From: Mantamonas sphyraenae STR306
Taxonomy: Eukaryota; Protista; CRuMs
Length of the DNA: 64,000 nucleotides
Assembly: GCA_026936335.1 (NCBI GenBank)
Contig: JAPMXV010000029.1
Span: 310,001 to 374,000 of the forward strand
Direction: 5' to 3'
In this document: positions 14,401 through 21,600 of the stretch, in pieces
How the letters are laid out: every line of letters starts with the position of its first letter
Numbering within the stretch: position 1 is the stretch's first letter
Position numbers and translations under genes: made by a program
The notes under the pieces: model-generated
Seen by the model: only the letters and a program-made list of their open reading frames with translations
The model's database searches: none
Told to the model about the DNA's origin: nothing

Positions 14401-17262
14401 GTTCTCCTCCATGGTAAGTCGGATTTGTTCGCGCAGCATGTTTTTGCAAACACGCGCCACCATCTCGATCAGCAGCACTGTGCTGACATCCTTTTGCTTG
14501 ACATGGTGTCGAATGAGGCCCAGGAATCGCACATTGATGCCTTCACGATGCATGCCCTCGATCAGACGGTAGTCTTCCACCTCTTTGTGGCGCGCGTCGA
14601 GCTGGCGGGCAAAGTTGGGAATGACCTCGTTGATGAGGCGCAGGGAGGCCTCTTTGACTTCACCGTCGTGCGTGTAGGCCTCCTGCGGATCTTGAAAGTT
14701 GGAAAAAGCGTCGGAGCTTAGGGGGACGCGATTGCGCTTGACAAACTCGGGCCGCAGCAGGCGGTAGAGGTGAGATCCCTGGGGCGCGTAGCGGTCGGGA
14801 AACTGGGCAGGCATGCTGCGGGCGAAATCGAGCAGGTAGAACTTGCCGTCTGTGCCGAGGTGGCCTTCGATATCGGCGGGGCCGTAGATCATTTGGCCTT
14901 TGCTGTGGTGACCCTTGAGGCCAAGCTTGTGGCCTGCGGTGGCCATAAGCTGGTTGAATTCTTGGTTGTCTGCGTGGATGATATGCTCTGGGTCGGAGGC
15001 TTCGTCCGTGCCGTAGATGAGCGAGTTGTTCTTGCTGTCGATGGGCAGAATGGAAACGGCAATGAGCCGGAACCCCTTGTAGTCGACAAGGGCCATGAGC
15101 GGCACATGGAGACCCTTGATGTGGACCTGGTAGAAGCTCATGAGGCCCTTGAGGTCGTGGCCGGCGGCCTTCATGGCGAATTCGTCGCCACGATAGAGGC
15201 CGTGTGAGTCGAGGGCAAACTTGAAAAGGATGTTCTGTACGATGTACTTTTCGCCACCTGCAGCGCCTCCTGCGTCGACAGGAGGGATGGTCTTCATGTC
15301 GTTGGGCAGATAGCGCTCGCTGATGATGATCTTGCCGTAGAGAAGGGCGGCGTAAACAAAGTCGTGCGCGTGGTTGGCCAAGCGTGAGTAGAGCTGGGTG
15401 ACCTGCTGTTCATCGAGATCCTCCTTGTCGAGAGACTCTGTGAGGATCTGGAACTCCTTGTTCCAATCCTTCTTTTGCACGCGGACCTTGGGCTTTGCAG
15501 CGGCCTGGTCCTCAAAGGAGAGACCTGATGGGGAGTTGTAGAGAGAACCACCGCCAGCGCCGGCGACGCGAAAGTTGTCGTAGCCCGAACCGGTGCCGAA
15601 CCCAGAGGTGGCGGCGACGTTCTCAAGGGAAACCTGTTGCGTGCCGGCGCCGAGATCGCCCGAGACGGCAATGTCAGGTTGATCGAATTCGTACTGGGAA
15701 TCGAGGCCCTCTGTGGACTGGTTTGCCTGGAAGTTGGAGCCGTGCTCATCAAAGGGGGCGTATGGAGTCGAGGTGGTGGCGGCCTGCGAGGTTGTGACTT
15801 CGGGCACGGTAAACTCCATGGAGGATCCGAACATATCTGCACCGGTGGAGGAGGTGGAAACTGTGGAGGAGGAGCCATCGTAGGTGTGTGTTGTGAGGAT
15901 GGCGTCTGTGTTGGCAAGTGGAGTGTCGGAAGCGGAGGAAGTCGCGGACTCGACGGTGCTGTGCATGGGGGAACGGTCGCCGCCAAGGAGGGTGTTCAAA
16001 GTGGAATCCATGGAATCTTGGTGCTGAAGGCGAGCGACGCCGTAGGACGAATGGTCGCGCACAGAGGTGTTTGCGGAGACGCGTTGTGCAACAAGGCGCT
16101 CGGTTTCGTCGAGAACGCGTGCGGCATAGGGATTGCCTGTGCCAAGCAATGCTCCTCCTGTACCCTCACCGTCGTCGAGGGCGAAGGAAGTGGAGGCGGC
16201 GGCGGAGGAGGAAGAAGAGGAGGACGCAGGCGGTGTGGTGGCACGCGAGAGCTGGTCGAGATCAAGGCGAGCGCCGGGATGGACCTCTGGGCTATGAAGG
16301 AGATGTTTCTCCACATCCATGTCGTTGTCAGAGGTAAAGTGGTCTGTGGCAATGCGAACGCCGTACATCTTGTGCCGGTGCTCATTGGACTCTGGCTCGT
16401 GGGGTTTGTTGAGAATGTTGCGGGCGATGTCGGTCTGGCGAAACTTGGCCGCGCTGACCTGGGCGCCCGTGTGCGGGGCCTTGCCGGTGATGACTTGAAA
16501 TGATTGGGGAAGGCGGAAAGTTGGGGCGTAGGGTGGGCGGGAACGAGAAGAGTGAGCGAGCGCAGTGTGTGCTGGGAGTGGTGGGGTTGTGTTTGCGAGA
16601 GAGGGGGGGGTTTGAAGGAAACGAAAGAGGGCGAGGGACTCACCTTCGGTCTCATCCAAGAGGCCCAGGAAGGCCTTGTCGCAGATCTCGCTGAGATCCG
16701 TGACCTGGAGGGCGAATGCTAGCTGGCCGAGCTCCTCCTCGATGTCCTTGATGGAGGTGCAGCGGCCAAAGTAGAGAAACTCGAGGAGTGGACGGACGAG
16801 GCGCCACGGCTTGTCTGCCAAGGACCACTCTGCTACGGGACCCTCCTCATGGCATAGGGTGTTGAAGACGGGACAGCTGATGAGGAAGCAGAGGGATGGA
16901 CGGAGGATGAGGAGGGCGTGTGAGCTCGGAGAGGATAGGGGGAGGAAGGAAAGCAAATGATGGAGGGGCATGAAGATCGGGGGCGGGGCCGGCCGACGAG
17001 GTTGGTCCGGGAAATGGGATCGAAGAGAGGAGGAGTGGAAAAGAGGACTTGGGGAAGAGACGCGAGCATGTGGGAAGGGAGAGAGGCAAGGGTGGAAAGG
17101 GACGTACCGCTGAGCGAGCACCAGGCGATGTGCAGGGACGCGGAGTTTGCCATCGTCGGTGCGCTGGACCTCGAGGTCTGCCTCGAGGAGGGTGCTGTCG
17201 TCTTGGACGAGGACGGTGACGTCGCTCAAAAACGTAGAGAGGAAGAGCGGGCGGACGTCCAT
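2407..17262 (-). CDS. Giant multidomain protein (~4,820 aa): BTB - Clu - TPR-like - ARM repeats - 2x LamG/ConA-like - 4x SPRY - GATase-like insert - UBA-like motifs
   Basis: BTB: FLSDVTVLV...VPAHRLVLAQR|CPVFNTL...LLEFLYFG. Clu motifs: DWNKEFQ, GGEKYIVQNILFKFALD, KAAGHDLKG, PLMALVDYKGFRLIA, HLGTDGKFYLLDFAR, LLRPEFV. SPRY motifs: IMIGV...Y...GDVV.V..D....L.F..NG...G.AY...LYPAVSLY, four times. LamG motifs: KWVHWCGVFD..FALYRNG; FVGQMADVRIWN; FEGTMTHLSLWN. Probable introns 17107-16877 and 16643-16494. Confidence 0.85.
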   Translation of the reverse strand: MDVRPLFLSTFLSDVTVLVQDDSTLLEADLEVQRTDDGKLRVPAHRLVLAQRYVPFHPCLSPFPHARVSSPSPLFHSSSLRSHFPDQPRRPAPPPIFMPLHHLLSFLPLSSPSSHALLILRPSLCFLISCPVFNTLCHEEGPVAEWSLADKPWRLVRPLLEFLYFGRCTSIKDIEEELGQLAFALQVTDLSEICDKAFLGLLDETEGESLALFRFLQTPPSLANTTPPLPAHTALAHSSRSRPPYAPTFRLPQSFQVITGKAPHTGAQVSAAKFRQTDIARNILNKPHEPESNEHRHKMYGVRIATDHFTSDNDMDVEKHLLHSPEVHPGARLDLDQLSRATTPPASSSSSSSAAASTSFALDDGEGTGGALLGTGNPYAARVLDETERLVAQRVSANTSVRDHSSYGVARLQHQDSMDSTLNTLLGGDRSPMHSTVESATSSASDTPLANTDAILTTHTYDGSSSTVSTSSTGADMFGSSMEFTVPEVTTSQAATTSTPYAPFDEHGSNFQANQSTEGLDSQYEFDQPDIAVSGDLGAGTQQVSLENVAATSGFGTGSGYDNFRVAGAGGGSLYNSPSGLSFEDQAAAKPKVRVQKKDWNKEFQILTESLDKEDLDEQQVTQLYSRLANHAHDFVYAALLYGKIIISERYLPNDMKTIPPVDAGGAAGGEKYIVQNILFKFALDSHGLYRGDEFAMKAAGHDLKGLMSFYQVHIKGLHVPLMALVDYKGFRLIAVSILPIDSKNNSLIYGTDEASDPEHIIHADNQEFNQLMATAGHKLGLKGHHSKGQMIYGPADIEGHLGTDGKFYLLDFARSMPAQFPDRYAPQGSHLYRLLRPEFVKRNRVPLSSDAFSNFQDPQEAYTHDGEVKEASLRLINEVIPNFARQLDARHKEVEDYRLIEGMHREGINVRFLGLIRHHVKQKDVSTVLLIEMVARVCKNMLREQIRLTMEENPTPMEEPVRHVIKEFLNKLLGNRTESQTFWQLVLKEKIKDKFYEPALSREEMEPHYSLFDKVDKFALFTRIQEMTGMALAPTAMDQLRENPESFVMVDSDVASIDAKVKHMNIIDHALGVALSMEAEKRKDASASDRLFHLAFKKFEASVAASPDNYNSLLRWGKALTKQAARKKGTECQHLYDNACEKFNAIVNSCNENSDAKVMGLAYFNMAMVFHEKAKRYLSSNSSEGVPTVLSWYDESERVFEAAMNLADEPESSKDVGSAWNEMRLDLVRTLLDYKHGAAALERSERVLVDAADLYNDIEDRASLMTKAMELMQFSLHFGTHKKMLLARMAGLFASTAEGIDDTGLLGEDEQMIVLGDEDELFGAALTQGGSSSSSGGAVGAGGELSLADRDSQVVNECVLRMLANMHQVIVSRRRKKGKKGKKAAPVEVKVSTMQDVLSCLSLDVSDAEMSTSSVDVNDHKIVCTALWVCATVKHFRDALTETDVLPRLMAQMHTHDVPLLCHVVGAIAALSHSSTLRKQAYNLGMLADLIDLLSPDADMMLLQGVANVLAHCSHDTAARAQLRHKRVVHKLLDCFRLPSPEAQLHLLEVINSVVMRTFATDLNVYVSLFTREHFSIVLQLLQPDRSTLMPDTVLLMRLEAVRFLKRACVSSANQLILSELDLVGILMRLMREVGDPELQMELCTLVTQLSSQANMCLKMTGTSFGYIGQLEHMANEKGVSVELSVKLPKAVVLGTDADAASDGETSPAHESAHTLVMLSENSGYSMGMRVQKGRLQMGIFSDVHSSSTSEAFVSVALDKKTDANKWVHWCGVFDSSSFALYRNGTLVAEGEHAQMFPTVANNAQWLVGATMFGEDHGDLAAGGVSLGDNTTVSEDEDVYTQLLGRKQSFAHVFVEMNKKHEKKKEELDRKKQLDIERLRNLLVTGTEELLRDAVNHSTDQNEQAEWALEHMSEYEEKEREQLLLSESASSSASGGVGNERGTGVQLNSTTLKHIQGLSSRMGDLFVGQMADVRIWNYRMDAEQIRQMQHALVSTNVAKLLGCWSLNDELGCVATNAVRRGGPMVLCGEGASWEDRPDLRYESHMAKGAWAFHKEDTLDSVVQIMGDGNVLRCTQTTSWSTNILTDQPLDESKEWDVILEKTKSGTIMIGVCEPSHQKSGAYVGQSSSYYGASYYTCSPGYKYQDGMSANYGHAGSTGDVVRVQWDSVTRDLSFMHNGISLGVAYRVPANHSVLYPAVSLYDLDDRVRFEPAYATHADTGYLADTVALNMPRLVEEGAMAALVPLLEEGEVEEVAEEASNAIVALLGSGTGTDSKMDKSSLRAILTLATSSGSSVGELRTSACSALVACATNAENRTQLRSLGAAKRLLELIASEEDASIVKQACLALRNYCVDKETQREVGECDGIAVLMDMLERDEVAVLEGACAALGSCAMLGANRKLMQQRGAVDTLVRLVQSHNSELVMQATGALKSALLDSSMQSDFGDLSGPQILVSLLNSGTLDSITANACECLENAAKSKKVSAMIVSVDGVVDTLVPLLERKDLRVRGACMGAISQLSQLRKQSKVVRAHKDVHRLLAEQCGYKDSGNPLYLWAMTNAVHACSNLAKGATQREMMEYVGVVGECARLIDHEHLPLTKLVCSFLSHASEHVALLHMIRRSKIVAKLASLLRKADQSDEVSDYILTTLRNMCYPKGPRSKSVGKGGQQAQENGEEAQTSRVVRWSAEHSTPSLVIEGDTVTQKASSVWCQAYGSKPIKRRTTFDVFLPRTTSGQVFVGVGELGLNTYVGGSGFEGAAFYGSTPGYVYKNGSSKNYGKVLESGSVVSTTFDPEKGTLSFVVDGQAFGLAYTSETSLQRQDLYPVVSLYTMDDVVSSSWSGSLKSLARDNVAHMRDASIFSAIQPLLRTDEEVLLQNALMVASAMLGDHSATTGVSGHHLTKEDMASLLGVLENEDLEEMHGLAMQVMRFACKRSLNLERFSQAGGVAKVVEMVREHQDAQLRQNSEDQGADEDEEEDEDEESVPVLRNAQLTLAYSMRDEGAYILLTHMNALGVLVNMLQARDSEVRVETLRALNTVLERDTRNVKAVSQLGGIGVLTQLLDTREKLLDAIEGHGPDPAERFREEADSGSGDVVVVTPSSSPALMASLDNRRFSTRSSSSDGGAGSSSSSSSSSSGGVEASVADLDGVQDDDAIVVAVMGAMPTVESTNTTNTVLISSIDSMPKIGDRKVCAVPFNVGAGGVVPSVTDAQLNKAQVVLVYTAPEDCWCDMHALSELLLDMYQRGACIVCAGGIGIDVCSLAGEFALAVAPYVAGPRVASSEGKLGSYDKDHPIMQGVQDIVSGLVGLGNVMVNDESCRVLAYYDDDVVLVSERRSQDVGNLCLFVNLFPVSSAHEPMMGFNSQTDGRQLLHNVIGYAAEHADVSPVVISPDWAMELTGLACHALEQIAQQESEQVRLREEGVLEKAYHLLSTSNDMTIQRHACGLVRFAAMNETNKVVLQRFNILSALMRFVTSSEVNLFEDASAAIVELCENEENDLYLRDTGGVPVFMQFLRSTSDFVLEYALTRLNDCVIDDDAIDQNAFFDSMRQKQRRFAAPLSAEGIMSPEFCERSRFEFTRRSTESVTAQHMSTSTWSNVFGKRPFVRGRHEWTLRIDATESGTIMIGVCKDAKHFGTSTSYIGGSSTPQGWSYYGAGSCTYHNASSQTYGGSFKTGDVVCVKLDLNAGTLSYIHNEKDLGVAYTGLTGPLYAGISFYSLNDRITVLSTNGTGVAAESCMELHNYNLEHMHKCLSGKNDKLRVETLKYIQKCVTSPANQHFVTEHKLLSHVADCMTYYSGSPDVQLMCIDILSRMANKANRALSLGPGSYVYLGVDSDSRVGISNAFSIDLYVYMDKFASRGVGNIISYSNEYGEAVFLRMHGEHLEFGWHNGVHLGSTPSMDERERAEVGDIRRRLAEGDGGQEQGAGEGDTGGSSSSSSETANAQVIRTDLGSLSGRWAPVTVTFDGTRGSIFVYGRKMGSMPMDIMWPEGGRWLLGAEFVRTHEREVVEVQDGDGGSSGEAGKAKGDAPVSWNVSGNFTVFVDDGSHYSLVLTQESGSNEVKGTGLVPFQQIGFGDQIIRQSELEVTGTCMEDQTVELNVRYLNDSAMEMQLKASQLTLSSAQTKVKAMRGSNLTTGSDWEAAADVSSAVIQLMDTSMMYTGTKLPVDLAQFIVEKKPTDMNEQMDYYFEGAEADFEAYKSQLKVEAANASSSSSSSGGSGFAASAEEVREKRVAARTLANLVTNHFEGTMTHLSLWNVARSVREIQESLFRRHPQKTGGLVAYWLLNEGDADQIFEGVSKLNGIVCGSESRWATTHDLVIEMGDKETQLFAWDTDTYCPTEYFSVITRGKHFRSLRGEWRTVCADRPLTANTRWRLKLNKVSDMFVGVSEGKPTASDWVGSTGNPGWTWYCGTSSSTRYRNGSQDSYGCQLKSGDVLDVVYDAVEETLRFEVNGEDQGVCHTGVHCAEGTELYACVSTSYSGDEVVLEGVVDKYASIREENLAALQSIDILPKYLALSKEHGSGELAERSLDAVGKLMLYKQFREMMAVGERLSQVLELCSSEDWRMRVCALDTLLNSLSDEKNQIKMQQIGGLEKMLGMVHDDEVSVSSRACWVLTYSLQHPENQKKLLEIRGLETLISLLSASQLAVRASAVHAVAYSIQDANNVQEFQERGGLRPLLALMNTLPINGAERDWTRDEETMMQGMVRALMECCAHNSARSVAAVLANDKVLVQNLLGSVRMGDLVFKQSVVEVVRQLTLSGDANIRSVMLEAGVGTFLTYVRSELPGLMQATKDLEEIMQTEAAHSSGMMMMQGPMEGSVFLMMGGGMMGMGGEGLEAGGNSDEAVDGDEGVHTSEAGVGGLSADLGVDTGAEGGSGGGSGLSARDLGRWDNARQLHMMMGDERYPLGVYFLILQQYGDSLEAATDFLFSGGLEEFVAEHEEAFTLSPPDE

Positions 17263-17376
17263 GTCCGAGCTGTGTGTTTGTGGTTGGCGGGTTGTGCGCG
17301 GGATGCGCCAGCTGCGCACCGTACATACTTCTGGCAGGAACGCAGAACAGAGGAATCCACGGGTGGGGAAACGACA

Positions 17377-18161
17377 ATGAGCACACTGCGACAGCGAGGA
17401 GCATCGTCAAAGAATCCAGACGGGAGCGAGAAGGAGCGGACACAGTGGACGTCGCGTACGCTGACGGAGGAGGATGTGATGCTGATGGACATCGATGGTG
17501 GGTGTGGACACATGCGTGGAGACTCGGGAGATACAGAGGGAAAGGGATCTGGAGTGACTGACCAGGGGATTGGGCGTGGCGAGGGCACAGAGCAACGGCA
17601 GGTGATCCAAGACCTGCTGGACGAGAACGAGCGGATCAACAACTCGTATGCGTACCTGATGATGGGAGTGAGCGTGTTTGCGGGGCTAGTACTGAGTGTG
17701 CTGGGGCTGATGGTTGTTTACGGGCACACATATGGTCTGCAGAGGCTGTTTGCGCCGAGGTAGGTGATCGGACGGTGGGGCGAGTGGTGCGTGCCGGGGG
17801 CGAGGCGAGGAGCGCGCATCTGACGCGGAAGTGGGAACACAGTCACAGCAAGTGGGTGATGGGAGCCGTGCTGTTTGTTCAGAGTGGGACGTGCTGGGCC
17901 ATGTCCCAGTACGCGCGGCACTACAAGACGGAGCGGCGGAACGAGTACTACAGCCCGGCAGTGGCGTGTACGCTTCCAGGAGTGGTTTACTGGTTGTACA
18001 TGGTGCTTTCATTCCACAACGTACCCATGGCGCTGTACCTGTTGCCGTTTGGACCCGTGGCGCTTGTGGCTGTGCTCGTGTACGGTTCAGGCCAACTGCG
18101 CCAGAGCACCAGCGAGTGCATGGCTCTCTACGACCAGACCTATGAATACAAAGACATTTGA
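17377..18161 (+). CDS. Uncharacterised multi-pass membrane protein
   Basis: Two track ORFs join through intron 17760-17842 (GTAGGT..CAG, branch TCTGAC). A probable in-frame intron at 17498-17590 gives MDIDEQRQVIQDL. About four hydrophobic segments; C-terminus LYDQTYEYKDI. Confidence 0.65.
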
Positions 18162-18176
18162 AGGGAGCTGGAGATC

Positions 18177-19727
18177 ATGATTGGGTGCGCCCCGTCGGCC
18201 AAGCCGAATTGGGAGGAAGAGAGCCTGAAGATGAGTGCGTCGCCGAGGTCGCCCATGTCCCGGTCGCCGAGGACGCCTGGATCGGGCACCAGCTCTCCGG
18301 CATCGAGTGCAGGGAACTCTCCAGTGAAAGGGATGGCGAGGCAGCGGCGGTCCACGCGCAGCCGCAGGGAGTCCACGAGCAGCAGAGCATCTTCAGGCCG
18401 GCTGTCGGGGACGCCAATGCTCGGAGAAGGCGGACGCATGGTGAATCTGGGTCGATTGGATGCACATGGAGTTCATGTGGCGATGGATACGCCAAAGAGC
18501 GTGCTGGAGCGACGTGTGGGCTCGTCGTTGTTGTCTGCGGAACGGCGAAGGTCCAGTGGAGGCGAAGCAGGCATAGAGGGGGACGGGGCAGACAATGATG
18601 TGGAGACAGTGCAGATTGTGGTGCCTCAGGTGCAAGAGGTGCAAGAGGTAGAGGTGACGGAGACGGGGAGGCCTGTGGCGCGTGAGGAGCAGTTGCGTGA
18701 GAAGCAGACAAGGACAACGGTTGGCACTTCGTACTGGGCGTTCTTTGATGCCCTGGAGAAAGAACAGGAGGCAGAGTCAGAAGAGCGCAAGAGAGAAGGA
18801 TTGGTCGTATCTCCTGCGTTGGCGCGGCTGGAGGAGCAGTACAAGGAGGAACACCAGGAGCAACGGCGGAACGGGCAGCGGCGGCGGATTCTGGATTTTG
18901 ACCCGCACGCGGTGCTGGACGGCATCGACATCGACATGAGCTTGCAGAACCATATGGATAAGTTGGAACGGGCGAGTCAGGCGACAGAGCGGCGGCTGGA
19001 AAAGCTGGAAGCATGGGGCGAGGAGCAATTTGGTCGAGTGGCCATGGCTTTGCTAGAACGGCCAAAGTCTGTGCGCACAGCGTCGAAGCGTAGGGGAAAC
19101 GTGGCATCTGCACATGTATACGCGAGCAAGACGAGCAGGAGACGTCCTCAATCGTCGTCGCACGTAGGCAGGGGCGAACGATCGCTCGGGGAGCAGGAGG
19201 AGGCATACGAGCGGTTCCTGGACGTGGTTAGCGGTCCTCCGTCGTACACGATGCGCAAGGCCCAGAGCGAAGAGTACGAAGAGCAACTGGAGGCACAGCT
19301 ACGGTCGGGGGGTGGGGATCAGGTGTGTCAGGGATGGGTGAAGCGCGAGATGCAGACGAGGTCGTCCAAAGACGTGGATGGTCGTAAGGTGGAGTTGGAT
19401 GAGGCATATGATGCACGTGAACAACGGCTGCGCATGCAGAGGCAGAAAGAAGCAAGGAGGAAACAGCAGGAGGAGATGGACGGGCGGCGAGAAGCTCGTG
19501 TGCGCGAATGGCAGTCGATGATGGTCAGTGGGTCGAGCAAAAGCTCCTTGAAGGCCAAAAGCCATGACAAAGATGCACAGGAGCGGCGACGTGAACAAAG
19601 GCAGCGACGCATGCGACGCAAGAAGGATGTGTCGCTGGAGGACTTTGCACAGGTTGTGAAGCAAAGGGACCGCAAGAGCGTGCCAGACGAGGTTATCCAA
19701 AGGTTACCATGGTTCCAACACAAGTGA
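18177..19727 (+). CDS. Uncharacterised charged / coiled-coil protein
   Basis: 516-codon uninterrupted ORF with a Ser/Pro/Arg-rich N-terminus and E/R/Q-rich helical stretches. True start may be the ATG at 18231. Confidence 0.6.
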   Translation: MIGCAPSAKPNWEEESLKMSASPRSPMSRSPRTPGSGTSSPASSAGNSPVKGMARQRRSTRSRRESTSSRASSGRLSGTPMLGEGGRMVNLGRLDAHGVHVAMDTPKSVLERRVGSSLLSAERRRSSGGEAGIEGDGADNDVETVQIVVPQVQEVQEVEVTETGRPVAREEQLREKQTRTTVGTSYWAFFDALEKEQEAESEERKREGLVVSPALARLEEQYKEEHQEQRRNGQRRRILDFDPHAVLDGIDIDMSLQNHMDKLERASQATERRLEKLEAWGEEQFGRVAMALLERPKSVRTASKRRGNVASAHVYASKTSRRRPQSSSHVGRGERSLGEQEEAYERFLDVVSGPPSYTMRKAQSEEYEEQLEAQLRSGGGDQVCQGWVKREMQTRSSKDVDGRKVELDEAYDAREQRLRMQRQKEARRKQQEEMDGRREARVREWQSMMVSGSSKSSLKAKSHDKDAQERRREQRQRRMRRKKDVSLEDFAQVVKQRDRKSVPDEVIQRLPWFQHK

Positions 19728-19767
19728 GTGAGCAAGTGGGCAAATGCATTGCATGATTGAGATTCCA

Positions 19768-20881
19768 TCACTCGTCATTGGCCTCTGCCCACTCCAGAAT
19801 GGCCGCAGCGACTTCCTCGGGCTTCTCCTCGGGCGTCCAGTGACCGCACTCGGGGATGTCGACCATGCGGATGTTGGGTACCCACTTTTTGTCCAGACCA
19901 TGGTTGCACTCGGGCATGAGATGCGGGTCGTTGGCGCCAAAGAGGCAGAGGGTGGGCATGGTGATGATTTTGGGCTTGAGCTTGCTGGAGAACATGCTGC
20001 GGTAGTAGTTGATCTGCGCAGTCATGGCATAGGGTTGGAGCCAACCAGCTACGGTGAGTTCAGCCTCGGCCTTGGTGATGGCACCCTTGTTCTTGCGCGC
20101 CTGCTTCATGTGCGTTCCCACAGCGTCCTTGTCGGACGTCACGAGGAATTCGGGGACCCAAGGCAGTTGGAAAAAGATCATGTACCAGCTCATCAGCTTC
20201 TGGCGGAAGCTTTTGTTCCACTGCTTGAAGACTGAGCGGAAAGCGGGTCAGGAACCGCACACACACAATTCGGAGGGGGAAATCACGAAAATCGGGCGGA
20301 AACTCACAGGAGACTGGATGGACGCCATTCATGAACACAAGTCTGTCCACAAGCTCGGGAGCATGCATGGCAGTGTTGACGGCAACAGTGGCGCCCCAAT
20401 CGTGGCCAACAAGGAGAACCTTGTCCTCGGGGGAAAAGTGCTTGATCAGCGCCTTCATGTCTGCAACGTGGAACTCGGTCGTGTACTGAGCCTTGCCCTT
20501 GGGCTTATCCGAAAGGCCGTAGCCGCGCATGTCCGGGCAGACGACGTAGTAGTCTGCTTCGACGAGACGGGGGATGACTTTGCTCCAGGCGGCCCAGCAG
20601 CTTGGGAACCCGTGCAGAAGGACAGCCACGGGGTTTGTCGGATCGCCCGAGGTAACGACGTGAAGCGTAATGTGGTCGAGCTTGACGCGGCGGCTGGAAC
20701 AGGGCGTGGTGACCTCATCAAGTGCAGCCTGGTTGAGGCGTTCGAGTTGGCCCGCGACTGCCTGCTGACGCTTCCAGTCCGCAGTGAGCACGTACATGAC
20801 GAAGCGGTACACGATGAGAAGCGGGAGGAAGCACAGCAGAAGTGCCGTGCGAAAGGCAAGCTTGAGCACCGATTTGGCCAT
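19768..20881 (-). CDS. Alpha/beta-fold epoxide hydrolase (EPHX3/4-like)
   Basis: Motifs LLHGFP, PDMRGYGLSDKP, nucleophile GHDWG, SWYMIFFQLPWVPE, INYYR, GAND and catalytic GHW. One intron, 20307-20232 (GTGAGT..CAG). N-terminal hydrophobic anchor. Confidence 0.88.
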
Positions 20882-20929
20882 GGAGTTTGGGGATTCCGTG
20901 CCCCAGCGCGTGCACTACAGAGTTTCGCG

Positions 20930-21543
20930 ATGTCCAATGCTGGTGATCAGGAACTGATTGACATTGGCAAGGCGTTGGAGAAGAAGAGGAACCCGTGGCA
21001 GGTTGTGTGGACAGAGGCAATCCTGTGCGTGGTGGTTCTGGTCATGATGGTTGTGCTGGTCGCGCAACCCAAGCTCTACACGGACACATTCGGCAACAGG
21101 GGGGCGTCTGCGCTTGTTGTTTCGGGAATTCCCATTTTCGTGGGTCTTCCTGTGGTTGCGTACCGCCTGTGGACTCGGGTGCGCTTCTTGTCGGGCAGAG
21201 GCAGCTCGGACCTGGAGCTGATGCAAGGAGAGTATTCTGGTGGCATGGGAGGCATCTTTGGCAACTTTGTGTGGCCTGTCGTTGCCATTTTACTCTTTAT
21301 TTCGGTACGCTGGGATGTGGGCGAGGGTTGAAAACGGGCGAGCAAAGCACTGACACCAAAAGACGACACCCATGTTCACTGTCACAGGCCATGGCTTCAT
21401 CTCAGTGGCTGGTGACTTTCGACGTAGGGGTGGCCTATCTCGTCGTGTCGGTGTCGGTGGCGTTGCGCGGCGCTGTGGCGATTGCGAAGTTTGCGGGATA
21501 TTTTGCTCACGATTCCGATTCGCAGCCGTCAACGGCAGCATAG
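20930..21543 (+). CDS. Small uncharacterised 4-TM membrane protein (~176 aa)
   Basis: Starts MSNAGDQELIDIG. Intron 21305-21387 (GTACGC..CAG, branch CACTGAC) joins LLFIS|AMASSQWLVTFDVGVAYLVV. Four hydrophobic stretches. Confidence 0.6.
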
Positions 21544-21600
21544 AGAGTGCGACAGAAGAACAAAGCACATCCATATTCCATCTTATCACTTCATCCCCCC

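Noticed and set aside
2266-15207. Many long + strand ORFs (e.g. 2266-3837, 9418-11367, 11527-12627)
   Set aside because: Antisense shadows of the GC-rich mega-gene, with His/Gln/Arg-rich composition and no motifs.
17263-17319. Track start of the 4970-aa ORF
   Set aside because: Non-ATG start. The BTB domain begins right after the ATG at 17262, and the track ORF also reads through two probable introns.
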